From: a virus
DNA length: 45,391 nucleotides
Virus record (IMG/VR): IMGVR_UViG_3300029251_000026
Reading direction: 5' to 3' (one strand)
The position numbers and the translations under genes are program-made. Numbering within the stretch: the first letter of the stretch is position 1; each line of letters starts with the position of its first letter. Shown piece by piece: positions 8,594 through 16,857 of this stretch. Under the pieces are notes generated by a model that was not told where the DNA came from, did not search any database, and worked only from the letters and a program-made list of their open reading frames with translations.

Positions 8594-8646
8594 CAACAGA
8601 CCGATAACACACCGATAACACACAAAGCAACACACCGATAACACAC
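8594..8646 (+). repeat. CA-rich iteron-like block: 3 x CCGATAACACA
   Basis: Copies at 8601-8611, 8612-8622 and 8635-8645. caacagacc is shared with the downstream block. Confidence 0.7.
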
Positions 8647-8662
8647 GAGAGGAGGGCTGAAA

Positions 8663-8902
8663 ATGGAGGAACGGACATACAAAGCTCTGCGGCAGGAGGT
8701 CAAAAACGACCTTGAACAGCTCTTTCCGGGAACCGTACTTTTAACGCTTGAACAGGCGGCTAAAGTATACGGATTTCGGGATAAACGGGCGGCAAAGAAG
8801 ATTATTGGTGCACCGATGGTGCCCGGTGAGAGACGGGTAGTTTACTATTTGGGAGACGTTGCAAGTGACATTGCAAAGCGTCGCATCGGCAATGTTAGAT
8901 AA
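8663..8902 (+). CDS. 79-aa putative DNA-binding protein (excisionase/MerR-like HTH suspected)
   Basis: GAGGAGGG RBS. The segment LTLEQAAKVYGF...GERRVVYYLGDVASDIAKRR resembles HTH_17/Xis-type layouts. This rests on pattern memory only. Confidence 0.5.
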   Translation: MEERTYKALRQEVKNDLEQLFPGTVLLTLEQAAKVYGFRDKRAAKKIIGAPMVPGERRVVYYLGDVASDIAKRRIGNVR

Positions 8903-8985
8903 CACTCTAACAACAGACCATCAACATACAGATAACACACAATCAACAAACCGATAACACACCGATAACAAACCATCAACAAACC
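8896..8985 (+). repeat. CA-rich iteron-like block: 4 x GATAACA(C) interleaved with 3 x ATCAACA
   Basis: GATAACAC at 8898, 8931 and 8953. GATAACA at 8964. ATCAACA at about 8920, 8942 and 8974. Confidence 0.7.
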
Positions 8986-9023
8986 GAGGCATAAGAAAGA
9001 AAGTAACAAAGAAAGAAAATAAG

Positions 9024-9116
9024 TATATATATATTCTCCCTACGGTCGAATATATATTAATTTAACTTTCTAAGAAAAAAAGAAAAGAATAACCCTCTCA
9101 CTACGTTCGAGGGTTA
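9024..9116 (+). other. AT-rich spacer with two hairpins sharing a 15-nt core TCTCNCTACGNTCGA
   Basis: Hairpin 1 is atatatattc-tccctacggtc-gaatatatat (about 9026-9056). Hairpin 2 is aaccctc-tcactacgttc-gagggtt (9091-9115). Confidence 0.5.
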
Positions 9117-9145
9117 CAAGAAACCGCGAAAGGGGATTGAAACCA

Positions 9146-9355
9146 ATGACCTACAAACGCTACGGATGGCTTGCGGGAATGAGCTTTCTCGGAACGCTGA
9201 TATCCGGCGGTATGACCGAGAACGGAAGAATCGACTTGTTCTCCGGATCCGCTATCATGCTGGCGCTGCTGGCTGTCGGATTTGTAGCCGCAAGGGCAAG
9301 CGTGTTGCTTGCGGCCTATGAACACCGGCAGAGATATCGCGGTCGTTATCGCTGA
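9146..9355 (+). CDS. Small membrane protein, hypothetical
   Basis: ATG 9 nt after aaagggga. Two hydrophobic segments. Confidence 0.5.
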   Translation: MTYKRYGWLAGMSFLGTLISGGMTENGRIDLFSGSAIMLALLAVGFVAARASVLLAAYEHRQRYRGRYR

Positions 9356-9371
9356 GGGGAGAAAACAGGAT

Positions 9372-9515
9372 ATGACGGAAGCAAGACGCAAGACGCTGAA
9401 AGTCAAAGACATGCAGCGCCGGGTTATCGGCAAGGCGATGCACGCTGCTAAGTACGGCTTGCAGATGCGCGAGAGCGCAAAGACGATCAGCATGAGAACG
9501 GAGGAACGAAAATGA
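9372..9515 (+). CDS. Hypothetical small basic protein (47 aa)
   Basis: ATG after gagggga. Its stop overlaps the next start (ATGA). Confidence 0.4.
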   Translation: MTEARRKTLKVKDMQRRVIGKAMHAAKYGLQMRESAKTISMRTEERK

Positions 9516-9766
9516 CAAAGCACGAATATTTCCGACAGTTTAGCTTGCCGGACTGGGACAAGCGAGAAGTCCCGCAGGGGTTAGGCTGGTACTTCACCCA
9601 GTACAACCCGGAAACCTGCGAGGGCGAGGGATGGTTCGGCACCGAGGACAAGCCGGAGTATTCCTTCGAGGACAAAATCTTCGAGGGCGATGACGGCGAG
9701 CCGGTTCTCATGAGCCGTACTTGCGGCATCGGTGATGGTTGTTTCTGGACGGAGTGGAGGCGATAA
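9512..9766 (+). CDS. Hypothetical protein
   Basis: GGAGGA RBS and an ATGA overlap with the upstream ORF. Confidence 0.55.
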   Translation: MTKHEYFRQFSLPDWDKREVPQGLGWYFTQYNPETCEGEGWFGTEDKPEYSFEDKIFEGDDGEPVLMSRTCGIGDGCFWTEWRR

Positions 9767-9767
9767 C

Positions 9768-10049
9768 ATGATTGTGAAAATCAATGGTACGCCGATTGAC
9801 ACGGCGCGGGTGCTGCGGTTTGCACCGCGGAAGAAGGACGGCTTAGATTTCAGGGACAACGAGGTTTGTTCACTGGATGAGCTGAAACGGATTCAGCAGC
9901 GCATCACGGTGCACGCTGAGTGCATGGAGCGCGTCTGGACAGTAGATCGCATGGGATGGCGGTTCCTGCTCCTGCGGGATGCTTATGGCAATGTGTTCCC
10001 ACAGTGTTTCGCACCGCTCAGCGGTGAGCTGGAATACCTGCAGGAATGA
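9768..10049 (+). CDS. Hypothetical protein
   Basis: ATG after ggagtggagg, immediately following the upstream stop. Confidence 0.55.
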   Translation: MIVKINGTPIDTARVLRFAPRKKDGLDFRDNEVCSLDELKRIQQRITVHAECMERVWTVDRMGWRFLLLRDAYGNVFPQCFAPLSGELEYLQE

Positions 10050-10140
10050 GAAAAGCCGCTGACGGGTGGTAGGATACCCAATCAGCGGCATGCAAAAACA
10101 TTACACGGTGATTATAGCACCGGAGAGGAGAAAAAGCAAG

Positions 10141-10392
10141 ATGTTGAAGGAAACACTGCACAAGCTGTTGGACCTCAGTTTGGAGGAAAAGCCGGAAGAC
10201 AAGATTACCGAGGTAACGATCAGTAACACGACCTGCTTGGTATGGATCATGAGCAAAAGAAACGGAACGTATCAGGTAGACCGCCGCTTTTACCGCCACA
10301 AGAGCACCGAAGAAAATGTGTGGTATGAGGGACTGGAAGAAGTCCCCGAAGCCGAGGTTATCCGGGCGATGGAGGCGGTAAACAATGCGTGA
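10141..10392 (+). CDS. Hypothetical protein
   Basis: ATG after ggagaggag. The track ORF 10066-10392 was trimmed to the RBS-supported start. Confidence 0.5.
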   Translation: MLKETLHKLLDLSLEEKPEDKITEVTISNTTCLVWIMSKRNGTYQVDRRFYRHKSTEENVWYEGLEEVPEAEVIRAMEAVNNA

Positions 10393-10603
10393 CGCGCTGA
10401 CCGGCTGCCCCGAGCGGGCGCTTGAGCCGCCGGAGCGGAAAGACCAGGAGCGGAGGAACAGGTTGCAGGATATGCGGGAAGCCGAAACTGCTATTGGCCT
10501 GTATCTGGAGGATTATAAACACCTGTTCAGCATCGAGATTAAGAACTTCTTGCTTGATTTACGAATTGCTGTGCAGGACTTTGAACAGGAGGACGAACCA
10601 TGA
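10385..10603 (+). CDS. Hypothetical protein
   Basis: ATG after ggaggcgg. Overlaps the neighbouring genes by 8 nt and 4 nt. Confidence 0.5.
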   Translation: MRDALTGCPERALEPPERKDQERRNRLQDMREAETAIGLYLEDYKHLFSIEIKNFLLDLRIAVQDFEQEDEP

Positions 10604-11088
10604 ATTTATACGAATTGACGCAGGAATTTGCGACTGCAATGCAGGCTATCACGGTAGACCCGGAGACCGGCGAAGTCAGCGGCTTTGAGGCTGTAGACGG
10701 TCTGGATGCGGCGTTTGAGGACAAGGCCGAAGCGTATGCCGTCACCATCAAGAACCTTGACGCAGAGATTAAGGCGCTCAAGAACGAGCGGGACAATCTC
10801 AAGGCGCGAGAGGATGCGACCAAGAAGCGCATGGAGTACATGAAGCAGCACCTTGCGGACAGTATGCTTGCTGTAGGCAAAGACAAGATCAGCACGGCCA
10901 AGGCGGCGCTGTCGTTCCGCAAGAGTATGCAGGTGAACATTACGAGCGACGTAATGGTTCCGGACGACCTGTGCAAGGTGGTTATCGACCGCAAGCCAGA
11001 CAAGACGGCAATCGGCAAGCTGCTGAAATCCGGTGAGGCCGTACCGGGCGCGGAGCTGGTAGAAAACATGAATTTGCAGGTGAAGTGA
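10600..11088 (+). CDS. Siphovirus Gp157-like protein (recombination-module accessory)
   Basis: 162 aa. The N-terminus MNLYELTQEF and the coiled-coil middle are typical of the Gp157 family. It sits directly upstream of an SSAP gene. Confidence 0.65.
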   Translation: MNLYELTQEFATAMQAITVDPETGEVSGFEAVDGLDAAFEDKAEAYAVTIKNLDAEIKALKNERDNLKAREDATKKRMEYMKQHLADSMLAVGKDKISTAKAALSFRKSMQVNITSDVMVPDDLCKVVIDRKPDKTAIGKLLKSGEAVPGAELVENMNLQVK

Positions 11089-11089
11089 T

Positions 11090-11824
11090 ATGAACATCAG
11101 GTTGCTTAATGCAGACGAGATCGAGTGCCGCGTAGCGCAGGTGTCAAAGTCTCAGCATGGCGTATCGTGTTCGTTGCTACTCTACAAGGACGCACGTTGC
11201 GATATGTCCATTCTGGACGAGGTGTACGGTCAGACAAACTGGAAGCGCGAACACGTTATCATCGACGGTCGGCTTTACTGCAATGTCTCTGTCTGGGATG
11301 CAGAAAAAGGACAATGGGTTGTAAAGCAGGACGTAGGAACGGAAAGCAATACCGAGAAGGAGAAGGGACAGGCAAGCGATAGCTTTAAGCGGGCGTGCAC
11401 CAACTGGGGTATTGGCCGAGAACTGTACACGGCTCCTAAGATTTGGGTTCGGCTCAGGGATAAAGAGTATTCCGAGCAAAACGGCAGAATCAAGTGCAAG
11501 CAGTCGTTCCGCGTGCGCAGTATCCAGTATGACAAGCGCAGGATTTCCGGCCTTGTGATTGAGGATGAAAATGGAGAAGCACGGTTTGAACTTGTCCCGC
11601 CGCCGGTCGAACTGACCGAAGTCCAGAAGAAAGCAAAACACGTAAAGCAGCTGCTTTATGATATCAGCGGCAAAGATGTGGATACATCGTCTAAACTGTG
11701 GCGTGAGCAGTACCAGAAGGACGAAAACGACATTGTAAAGATGAATGCTGCGATTTTGGAGCTTGAACCGAAGTGGAACGCGATCAAGGCAGAACAGCAC
11801 AAGGCGGTGCAGAATGACGCATGA
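11090..11824 (+). CDS. Rad52/Sak-like single-strand annealing protein
   Basis: 244 aa. Motifs are YKDARCDMSILDEVYGQTNW and DSFKRACTNWGIGRELY, typical of Rad52-family phage recombinases. Confidence 0.7.
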   Translation: MNIRLLNADEIECRVAQVSKSQHGVSCSLLLYKDARCDMSILDEVYGQTNWKREHVIIDGRLYCNVSVWDAEKGQWVVKQDVGTESNTEKEKGQASDSFKRACTNWGIGRELYTAPKIWVRLRDKEYSEQNGRIKCKQSFRVRSIQYDKRRISGLVIEDENGEARFELVPPPVELTEVQKKAKHVKQLLYDISGKDVDTSSKLWREQYQKDENDIVKMNAAILELEPKWNAIKAEQHKAVQNDA

Positions 11825-12350
11825 ATTCGACCGTGCACAGGTAGTGCATAACGATCTCGGCAACTGGTTGTGTTTGCATATCAAGAACGCGCCTATGGCG
11901 CGGGTGGAGTGCGAACAGATGAAAGAGGGCAAGACCTATATCGCCGAGATCAAGAAGAAGTACGACAAACGCTCAGGGCGGGCAAACGCTTATGCGTGGG
12001 CTTGCATGGGAAAACTGGCTGCAAAGCTGGGAATCAAGCGGGAGGAAGTGTACCGGCAGTACATCCCCGAAATCGGGGACAATTATCGACTTGTGCCGTA
12101 TGTGAACGGTCAGCAGAGAGACTTTATCGCTGACCTGTGGAGCAAGCAAGGCCTCGGATGGGTAACGCAGGATTGCAATGGCGGTTATCTGATGTGCTTC
12201 TACGGGTCGAGCACTTACAACACCTTACAGATGGGTCGGCTTATCAATCTGATCGTGCAGGACTGCAAGGAGCAGGGTATTGAAACCGAACCGGAGAGTA
12301 CGGTGATTGGTTGGCTGAGTAAATGGAAGCCGGAGGAGCGCGGGGTATGA
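11814..12350 (+). CDS. NinB-like protein (putative recombination-associated), low certainty
   Basis: Start ATG at 11814. KRSGRANAYAWACMGKLA ... YGSSTYNTLQMGRLINLIVQDCKEQGI resembles the RSxxQNxxxW...STSxM pattern of NinB. From memory only. Confidence 0.4.
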   Translation: MTHEFDRAQVVHNDLGNWLCLHIKNAPMARVECEQMKEGKTYIAEIKKKYDKRSGRANAYAWACMGKLAAKLGIKREEVYRQYIPEIGDNYRLVPYVNGQQRDFIADLWSKQGLGWVTQDCNGGYLMCFYGSSTYNTLQMGRLINLIVQDCKEQGIETEPESTVIGWLSKWKPEERGV

Positions 12351-12514
12351 AGTGGAGAAACTACAAGAGATTTGCAAGAAACCCCGGCGAATTTTCGCAC
12401 AAATACGAGTGCTGGGCTTATAACCACAGAGGTTGGGCAAAGATGAAAAAAGCAAATCGCCGGACGGCAAAGCGCAGACTGGAACGCGCGGCGAGAAAGG
12501 ACATGGAGGAATGA
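12347..12514 (+). CDS. Hypothetical small basic protein
   Basis: ATGA-coupled at both ends. 55 aa, Lys/Arg-rich. Confidence 0.4.
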   Translation: MKWRNYKRFARNPGEFSHKYECWAYNHRGWAKMKKANRRTAKRRLERAARKDMEE

Positions 12515-12816
12515 GACGGCAGACCAAGTTTACCGGCATCAGTCCGGCGGTATGGCGCGAATGCTGGGAGAGGGACGGCGGCATTTGCCGTCACTGCGGG
12601 AAAGGCGGTGTTCTGCAAGCGTGCCATTTTGTATCGAGAGCACGCGGAGGCATGGGTATTACGACAAACCTTGTGATGCTGTGCCCGGACTGTCACCGAG
12701 AAATGGATCAGGGCGACGGCAAGGAAATCAAGCGGGAAATGCGGGAGTACCTGCAAAGCCTCTACCCACTGTGGGATGAGAAAAACCAGAAGTATACCAA
12801 GGAGACAGGGAGATGA
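12511..12816 (+). CDS. HNH-type endonuclease (small, Cys-rich)
   Basis: CRHCG...ACHFVSRARGG...NLVMLCPDCH. ATG at 12511 follows ggagga. Confidence 0.65.
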   Translation: MRRQTKFTGISPAVWRECWERDGGICRHCGKGGVLQACHFVSRARGGMGITTNLVMLCPDCHREMDQGDGKEIKREMREYLQSLYPLWDEKNQKYTKETGR

Positions 12817-13385
12817 AAGTTGATTTAGAAAAATATCGGGAATACATCGAGACCCGAATTGCAGAAGGCGCGAGCTTGCGAATGCTTGAGGACGAGATCG
12901 GAATTGAACGAAAAAAGCTCTCAAGAGAGATGAAAAAAGCAGGCATGCGTGTTCCCACGAGAATTGAGAGCGTGAAGTTTCTGTGGAAAAATCATAAACA
13001 TCCGAACATCGGGAAAACGGGGAGCTTGTGTCCGTCATATGGACGCAAGATGTCAGACGAAACCAAACAGAAGCTGAGAGATGCGATGTCCGGGGATAAA
13101 AATTATCACTGGTCAGGAGGAAGGAAGAAACATTCGGGCGGATACATTCTCATATATCGGCCGGACAGCCATTTGGCGGATAAACATGGTTTTGTTCTGG
13201 AACACAGACTTGTTGCTGAGCAGAAATACGGAAGAAAGCTAAAATCTTCTGATATTGTGCATCACATTGACGGAAATAAAACAAACAACAATCCGGAAAA
13301 CATTGCTGTACTGACAAGGGCAGAGCATGCAAAACTTCACAACAATTTGAAAAATTACAACAAATGGAGGAATACAAGTGCTTAA
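12813..13385 (+). CDS. HNH homing endonuclease with NUMOD-like motif
   Basis: GKTGSLCPSYGRKMSDETKQKL (NUMOD3-like) and HRLVAEQKYGRKLKSSDIVHHIDGNKTNNNPENIAVLTRAEH (HNH_3-like). Confidence 0.75.
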   Translation: MKVDLEKYREYIETRIAEGASLRMLEDEIGIERKKLSREMKKAGMRVPTRIESVKFLWKNHKHPNIGKTGSLCPSYGRKMSDETKQKLRDAMSGDKNYHWSGGRKKHSGGYILIYRPDSHLADKHGFVLEHRLVAEQKYGRKLKSSDIVHHIDGNKTNNNPENIAVLTRAEHAKLHNNLKNYNKWRNTSA

Positions 13386-13755
13386 CAAGATTATTTTACA
13401 AGGCAGATTGACTGATGATCTCGAATTGCGGCACACGCAGTCGGGTACTGCTGTGTCAGGCGGAACGCTCGCAGTACAACGCAGCCGAAAGAATAACAAC
13501 GGGGAATATCAGAGCGACTTTTGCTCTATCGTATTGTGGGGCAAGCTGGCAGAGCACGCAAGCACATGGTTCCACAAGGGCGATATGTGCATTGTTTCCG
13601 GCCGTTTGGAAAGTCGCGACTGGCAGGACAAGAACGGCAATAAGCGCCGCTCGTGGGAAGTGCAGTGCGAAAGCATCGACTTTTGCGGAGGCAAGCCGAA
13701 GGAGAACAGCGATTTTGCGGATATGCCGGAGGAAGATTCGGACGTTCCGTTCTGA
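13378..13755 (+). CDS. ssb: Single-stranded DNA-binding protein
   Basis: MLNKIILQGRLTDDLELRHTQSG... OB-fold pattern with an acidic tail EEDSDVPF. GTG start. Confidence 0.85.
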   Translation: MLNKIILQGRLTDDLELRHTQSGTAVSGGTLAVQRSRKNNNGEYQSDFCSIVLWGKLAEHASTWFHKGDMCIVSGRLESRDWQDKNGNKRRSWEVQCESIDFCGGKPKENSDFADMPEEDSDVPF

Positions 13756-13766
13756 GGTGATGGGGA

Positions 13767-14486
13767 ATGAACGGGCACATAAAACTGCACCGTGCGCTTA
13801 CGGAGTGGGGATGGTATACAGACCTCCCCACCTGCAAGCTATGGCTGCACGTCCTGCTGAGAGCCAATTACAAGACTTGCGAGTGGCAGGGTATAGAAAT
13901 ACCGCGTGGTGCGTTTGCAACAAGTTATGCGGCACTCTCGGCGGAAAGTGGGCTGTCTGTGCAGCAGGTACGGACGGCGCTCGGTAAACTGAAAAAGACC
14001 GGCGAAATCACGGTGGAAACCAATCGGCACTATACAGTTATCACGGTTAGCAAGTACGACGAGTACCAGAACACCGAACGCGACGAAGTGACGACACCGG
14101 CAAAATGTTCGCCGAAGATTAAAGCGCCAAAGCCGGAAAAGCCAAAAGAGCCGGACTGGACGGAACGGTTTAACGAACCGGTACGCTCGGCGGTCGAGGA
14201 TTGGCTCAGATACAAAGCTGAACGCAGGGAAGGGTACAAGCCGACTGGACTGAAATCTTTGCTGACAGAGATCGAGAACCGCGTAAAGCAGCGCGGCGAA
14301 CAGGCTGTGGTCGAAGTTATCCGGTTGAGTATGGCGAGCAACTGGAAAGGCATCATCTGGGACAAAATCGAAGACAAGCCGAAGAAAACCAAAACGGATG
14401 CGCCGATGTTTAACGGTGCGCCCGCCGCCAGTGACTGGGAAAATGAGTGGGCGGCACGAGTGAAAGCCAGCAGAGGTGAAAGATGA
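13767..14486 (+). CDS. Replication initiation / replisome organizer-like protein (N-terminal winged-helix)
   Basis: 239 aa. The N-terminus IKLHRALTEWGWYTDLPTCKLWLHVLLRANY...SYAALSAESGLSVQQVRTALGKLKKTGEI is typical of phage replisome organizers. Confidence 0.55.
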   Translation: MNGHIKLHRALTEWGWYTDLPTCKLWLHVLLRANYKTCEWQGIEIPRGAFATSYAALSAESGLSVQQVRTALGKLKKTGEITVETNRHYTVITVSKYDEYQNTERDEVTTPAKCSPKIKAPKPEKPKEPDWTERFNEPVRSAVEDWLRYKAERREGYKPTGLKSLLTEIENRVKQRGEQAVVEVIRLSMASNWKGIIWDKIEDKPKKTKTDAPMFNGAPAASDWENEWAARVKASRGER

Positions 14487-14863
14487 AATTTGTAATCAAA
14501 GGCCCGCTGCCGGGACTGAATGAGCTGATCGAGGCGGAACGGCGCAACCGGTACTTGGGCGCACAACTCAAGAAGAAGTGCGAAACCGTTGTGATGCACG
14601 CGGCACGGCAACTCGGCAACGTGGAGTTTGAAGAACCGGTGTACATGATCTATCGCTGGTACGAAAAGGACCGGAGACGCGACAAGGATAACATTTGCGC
14701 GTTCGGCAGAAAGGTTATTCAGGATGCGTTGGTGAAAGCACGGTTCCTTAAGAATGACGGATGGAAGAATATCCGAGGATTTGAAGATCACTTTGAGGTG
14801 GATGCGAAGAATCCGAGGATTGTGGTTGAGATTTTGGGAGCGGATGAGGATGAAACAGGTTAA
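14483..14863 (+). CDS. rusA: RusA-family Holliday junction resolvase
   Basis: 126 aa. GLNELI...RRRDKDNICAFGRKVIQDALVKARFLKNDGW matches the RusA catalytic Asp pattern. Confidence 0.75.
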   Translation: MKFVIKGPLPGLNELIEAERRNRYLGAQLKKKCETVVMHAARQLGNVEFEEPVYMIYRWYEKDRRRDKDNICAFGRKVIQDALVKARFLKNDGWKNIRGFEDHFEVDAKNPRIVVEILGADEDETG

Positions 14864-15668
14864 ATGCGAGTTGTTCTGCGATAATTTCCAGAACTACAAG
14901 CGTTACGGGATTCCGAAAGCGCAGCTTGTGATTGCGGATATTCCGTATAACATCGGCGCGGACGCATACGGAAGCAATCCAATGTGGTATGTCGGCGGCG
15001 ACAACAAGAACGGAGAAAGCGCAAAGGCGAAAAGCAGCTTTTTCCGCACGGACGGCTATTTCAAGATTGCCGAGTATATGCACTTCTGCAACCGGCTTTT
15101 GAAGAAAGAACCAAAGGAACGCAACGCTGCACCGGCGATGATCGTATTCTGCGCGTTTGACCAGATGCAGACGGTGATGGAGTATGGCAGACGGTACGGG
15201 TTCAAGAACAGCTACCCGCTGTTTTTTACGAAGCCGTATTCCGCACAGGTGCTTAAAGCGAATATGCGCATTGTGGGCGCAACCGAATTTGCGGTTGTAC
15301 TGTATCGCGACAAGCTGCCGAAGTTTAACAACGGCAGGCAGTACGACGAGGATGGCAAGGTCATTCGCGGAAGCGGAAAGATGGTGTTTGACCATATCGA
15401 CTGGGAACGGGACGGCAGAGAGATTCCCAAGCTGCACCCGACGCAGAAGCCAGTGAAGGTACTGAAAAAGCTGATTGAGATTTTCACAGACCCGGGCGAT
15501 GTGGTGATTGACCCATGCGCCGGAAGCGGTTCGACACTCAGAGCAGCGCGGGAGCTGGGAAGAAACAGCTATGGGTTTGAACTGGATAAGCAGTTTTACC
15601 GGCTTGCCAAAGATGAAATGCTGAAAGAACCGGAAACGGTACAGATTGGGTTGGAAGGTGTGGTATGA
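14850..15668 (+). CDS. DNA methyltransferase (N6A/N4C beta-class)
   Basis: Motif IV-like ADIPYNIG, HPTQKP and the AdoMet motif VIDPCAGSGST. The start could be 14844 or 14850. Confidence 0.8.
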   Translation: MKQVKCELFCDNFQNYKRYGIPKAQLVIADIPYNIGADAYGSNPMWYVGGDNKNGESAKAKSSFFRTDGYFKIAEYMHFCNRLLKKEPKERNAAPAMIVFCAFDQMQTVMEYGRRYGFKNSYPLFFTKPYSAQVLKANMRIVGATEFAVVLYRDKLPKFNNGRQYDEDGKVIRGSGKMVFDHIDWERDGREIPKLHPTQKPVKVLKKLIEIFTDPGDVVIDPCAGSGSTLRAARELGRNSYGFELDKQFYRLAKDEMLKEPETVQIGLEGVV

Positions 15669-15776
15669 AAACCTGCAAAACCTGCAAGTGGTACGAGCCG
15701 TTTTGCGGTGTGCTGCAATGGCGACAGTGAGCACCGGGCGGATTTTGTGGACACGGAAAGCGGATGCGAGGAATGA
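15665..15776 (+). pseudogene. Cys-rich mini-gene split between two frames at a T4 run
   Basis: The first frame (ATG 15665) gives MKTCKTCKWYEPFCGVLQWRQ*. A second frame gives ...AVCCNGDSEHRADFVDTESGCEE* (stop 15774-15776). Removing one T at 15701-15704 joins them into a 36-aa ORF. Confidence 0.4.
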
Positions 15777-15787
15777 GAGGAAAACGA

Positions 15788-15976
15788 ATGCGGCTAAAGT
15801 GTTGGTACGGCATCCACGAGCCGAGCGGAGAAAGCATTATTCCGGCGGTTGATGAGTGCTGGCTGAAAAAGTGCAAGTATTGCAATCGGTATATTCTGCA
15901 CGGCGTAGGCTGCTCGGTTGATGTTTCCAAAAGGAAAGCAATGAAGCTGAGAGACGAGATTTGCCGAGAGTTATGA
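15788..15976 (+). CDS. Hypothetical Cys-containing protein
   Basis: ATG 7 nt after gagagga. 62 aa. Confidence 0.45.
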   Translation: MRLKCWYGIHEPSGESIIPAVDECWLKKCKYCNRYILHGVGCSVDVSKRKAMKLRDEICREL

Positions 15977-16001
15977 GAATTGAGATTAGGGAGGGTTAGG
16001 A

Positions 16002-16487
16002 ATGGTTGAATACATAAAACGGAAAGAAGCAATTCTTACCGTTAAAGGCTACGCAAAGCATGCTATCGACAAGGGCAGGAAATGCCTTGATGCAGAAGAC
16101 GATACCATCCATATGTGCGATGAGATTGACCGCCTGCTCGCTGTCGATGTTATTCCAAGACCGCGCTGGATTCCGATAGCGGAACACCTACCGGAGCCAG
16201 AAACCGAAGTTATGATTGTCTGCAATGACAATGGTCGTAGATTTATCGCAACGGCAATCCACGAAAACGGAAAGCAGCTCTCGGAAGAAAGCTGCTGGGT
16301 TTGGACTGATATTTGGGAGTACGGTCGCTATGACGAAGAACATGACGATTATTTCGTCCCGGAGGGCTGGTGGGAGAGCCGCTGCTTCACGCCAGACGAT
16401 GTTTACAACTGCATGGTAGACTGCGAAGTAACTCACTGGATGCCTATGCCGGAGTTGCCAGAGGAGAAAACCAATGGCAATAAGTAA
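16002..16487 (+). CDS. DUF551-like domain protein
   Basis: WIPIAEHLPEPETEVMIV...VTHWMPMPELPEE is the characteristic DUF551 pattern. Confidence 0.65.
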   Translation: MVEYIKRKEAILTVKGYAKHAIDKGRKCLDAEDDTIHMCDEIDRLLAVDVIPRPRWIPIAEHLPEPETEVMIVCNDNGRRFIATAIHENGKQLSEESCWVWTDIWEYGRYDEEHDDYFVPEGWWESRCFTPDDVYNCMVDCEVTHWMPMPELPEEKTNGNK

Positions 16488-16857
16488 GAAAACCCGCGAA
16501 GAAGTATACCGCAAATACGACGGACACTGTGCTTATTGCGGCAGAGAGATTGCATACAAAGATATGCAAGTAGATCATTTTCTCCCACGGAGGGCATGGA
16601 GAATTGAAGATGCGGGGACAGATGATATTTCGAATCTCATGCCGTCCTGTCGAATGTGCAATCATTACAAGCGAGCCAATACGCTGGAAACATTCCGGCG
16701 CTACATCGCGGAAATTCCGAAAAAGCTGCGCGAAAATTACATCTATAAGGTTGGCGTAGTTTACGGGAATGTGATCGAGAATGAAAAGCCGATTGAGTTT
16801 TACTTTGAGAAGCAGAAAAGTGCAACTCGTTTGGGAAAGGGGTGCGAAAATGACTGA
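16474..16857 (+). CDS. HNH endonuclease
   Basis: CAYCG...VDHFLPRR...NLMPSCRMCNHYK. Confidence 0.75.
   Translation: MAISKKTREEVYRKYDGHCAYCGREIAYKDMQVDHFLPRRAWRIEDAGTDDISNLMPSCRMCNHYKRANTLETFRRYIAEIPKKLRENYIYKVGVVYGNVIENEKPIEFYFEKQKSATRLGKGCEND

Noticed and set aside
9101-9523. 140-aa and 87-aa minus-strand ORFs opposite the first early genes.
   Set aside because: They are antisense to RBS-supported, translationally coupled plus-strand ORFs and have no start context.
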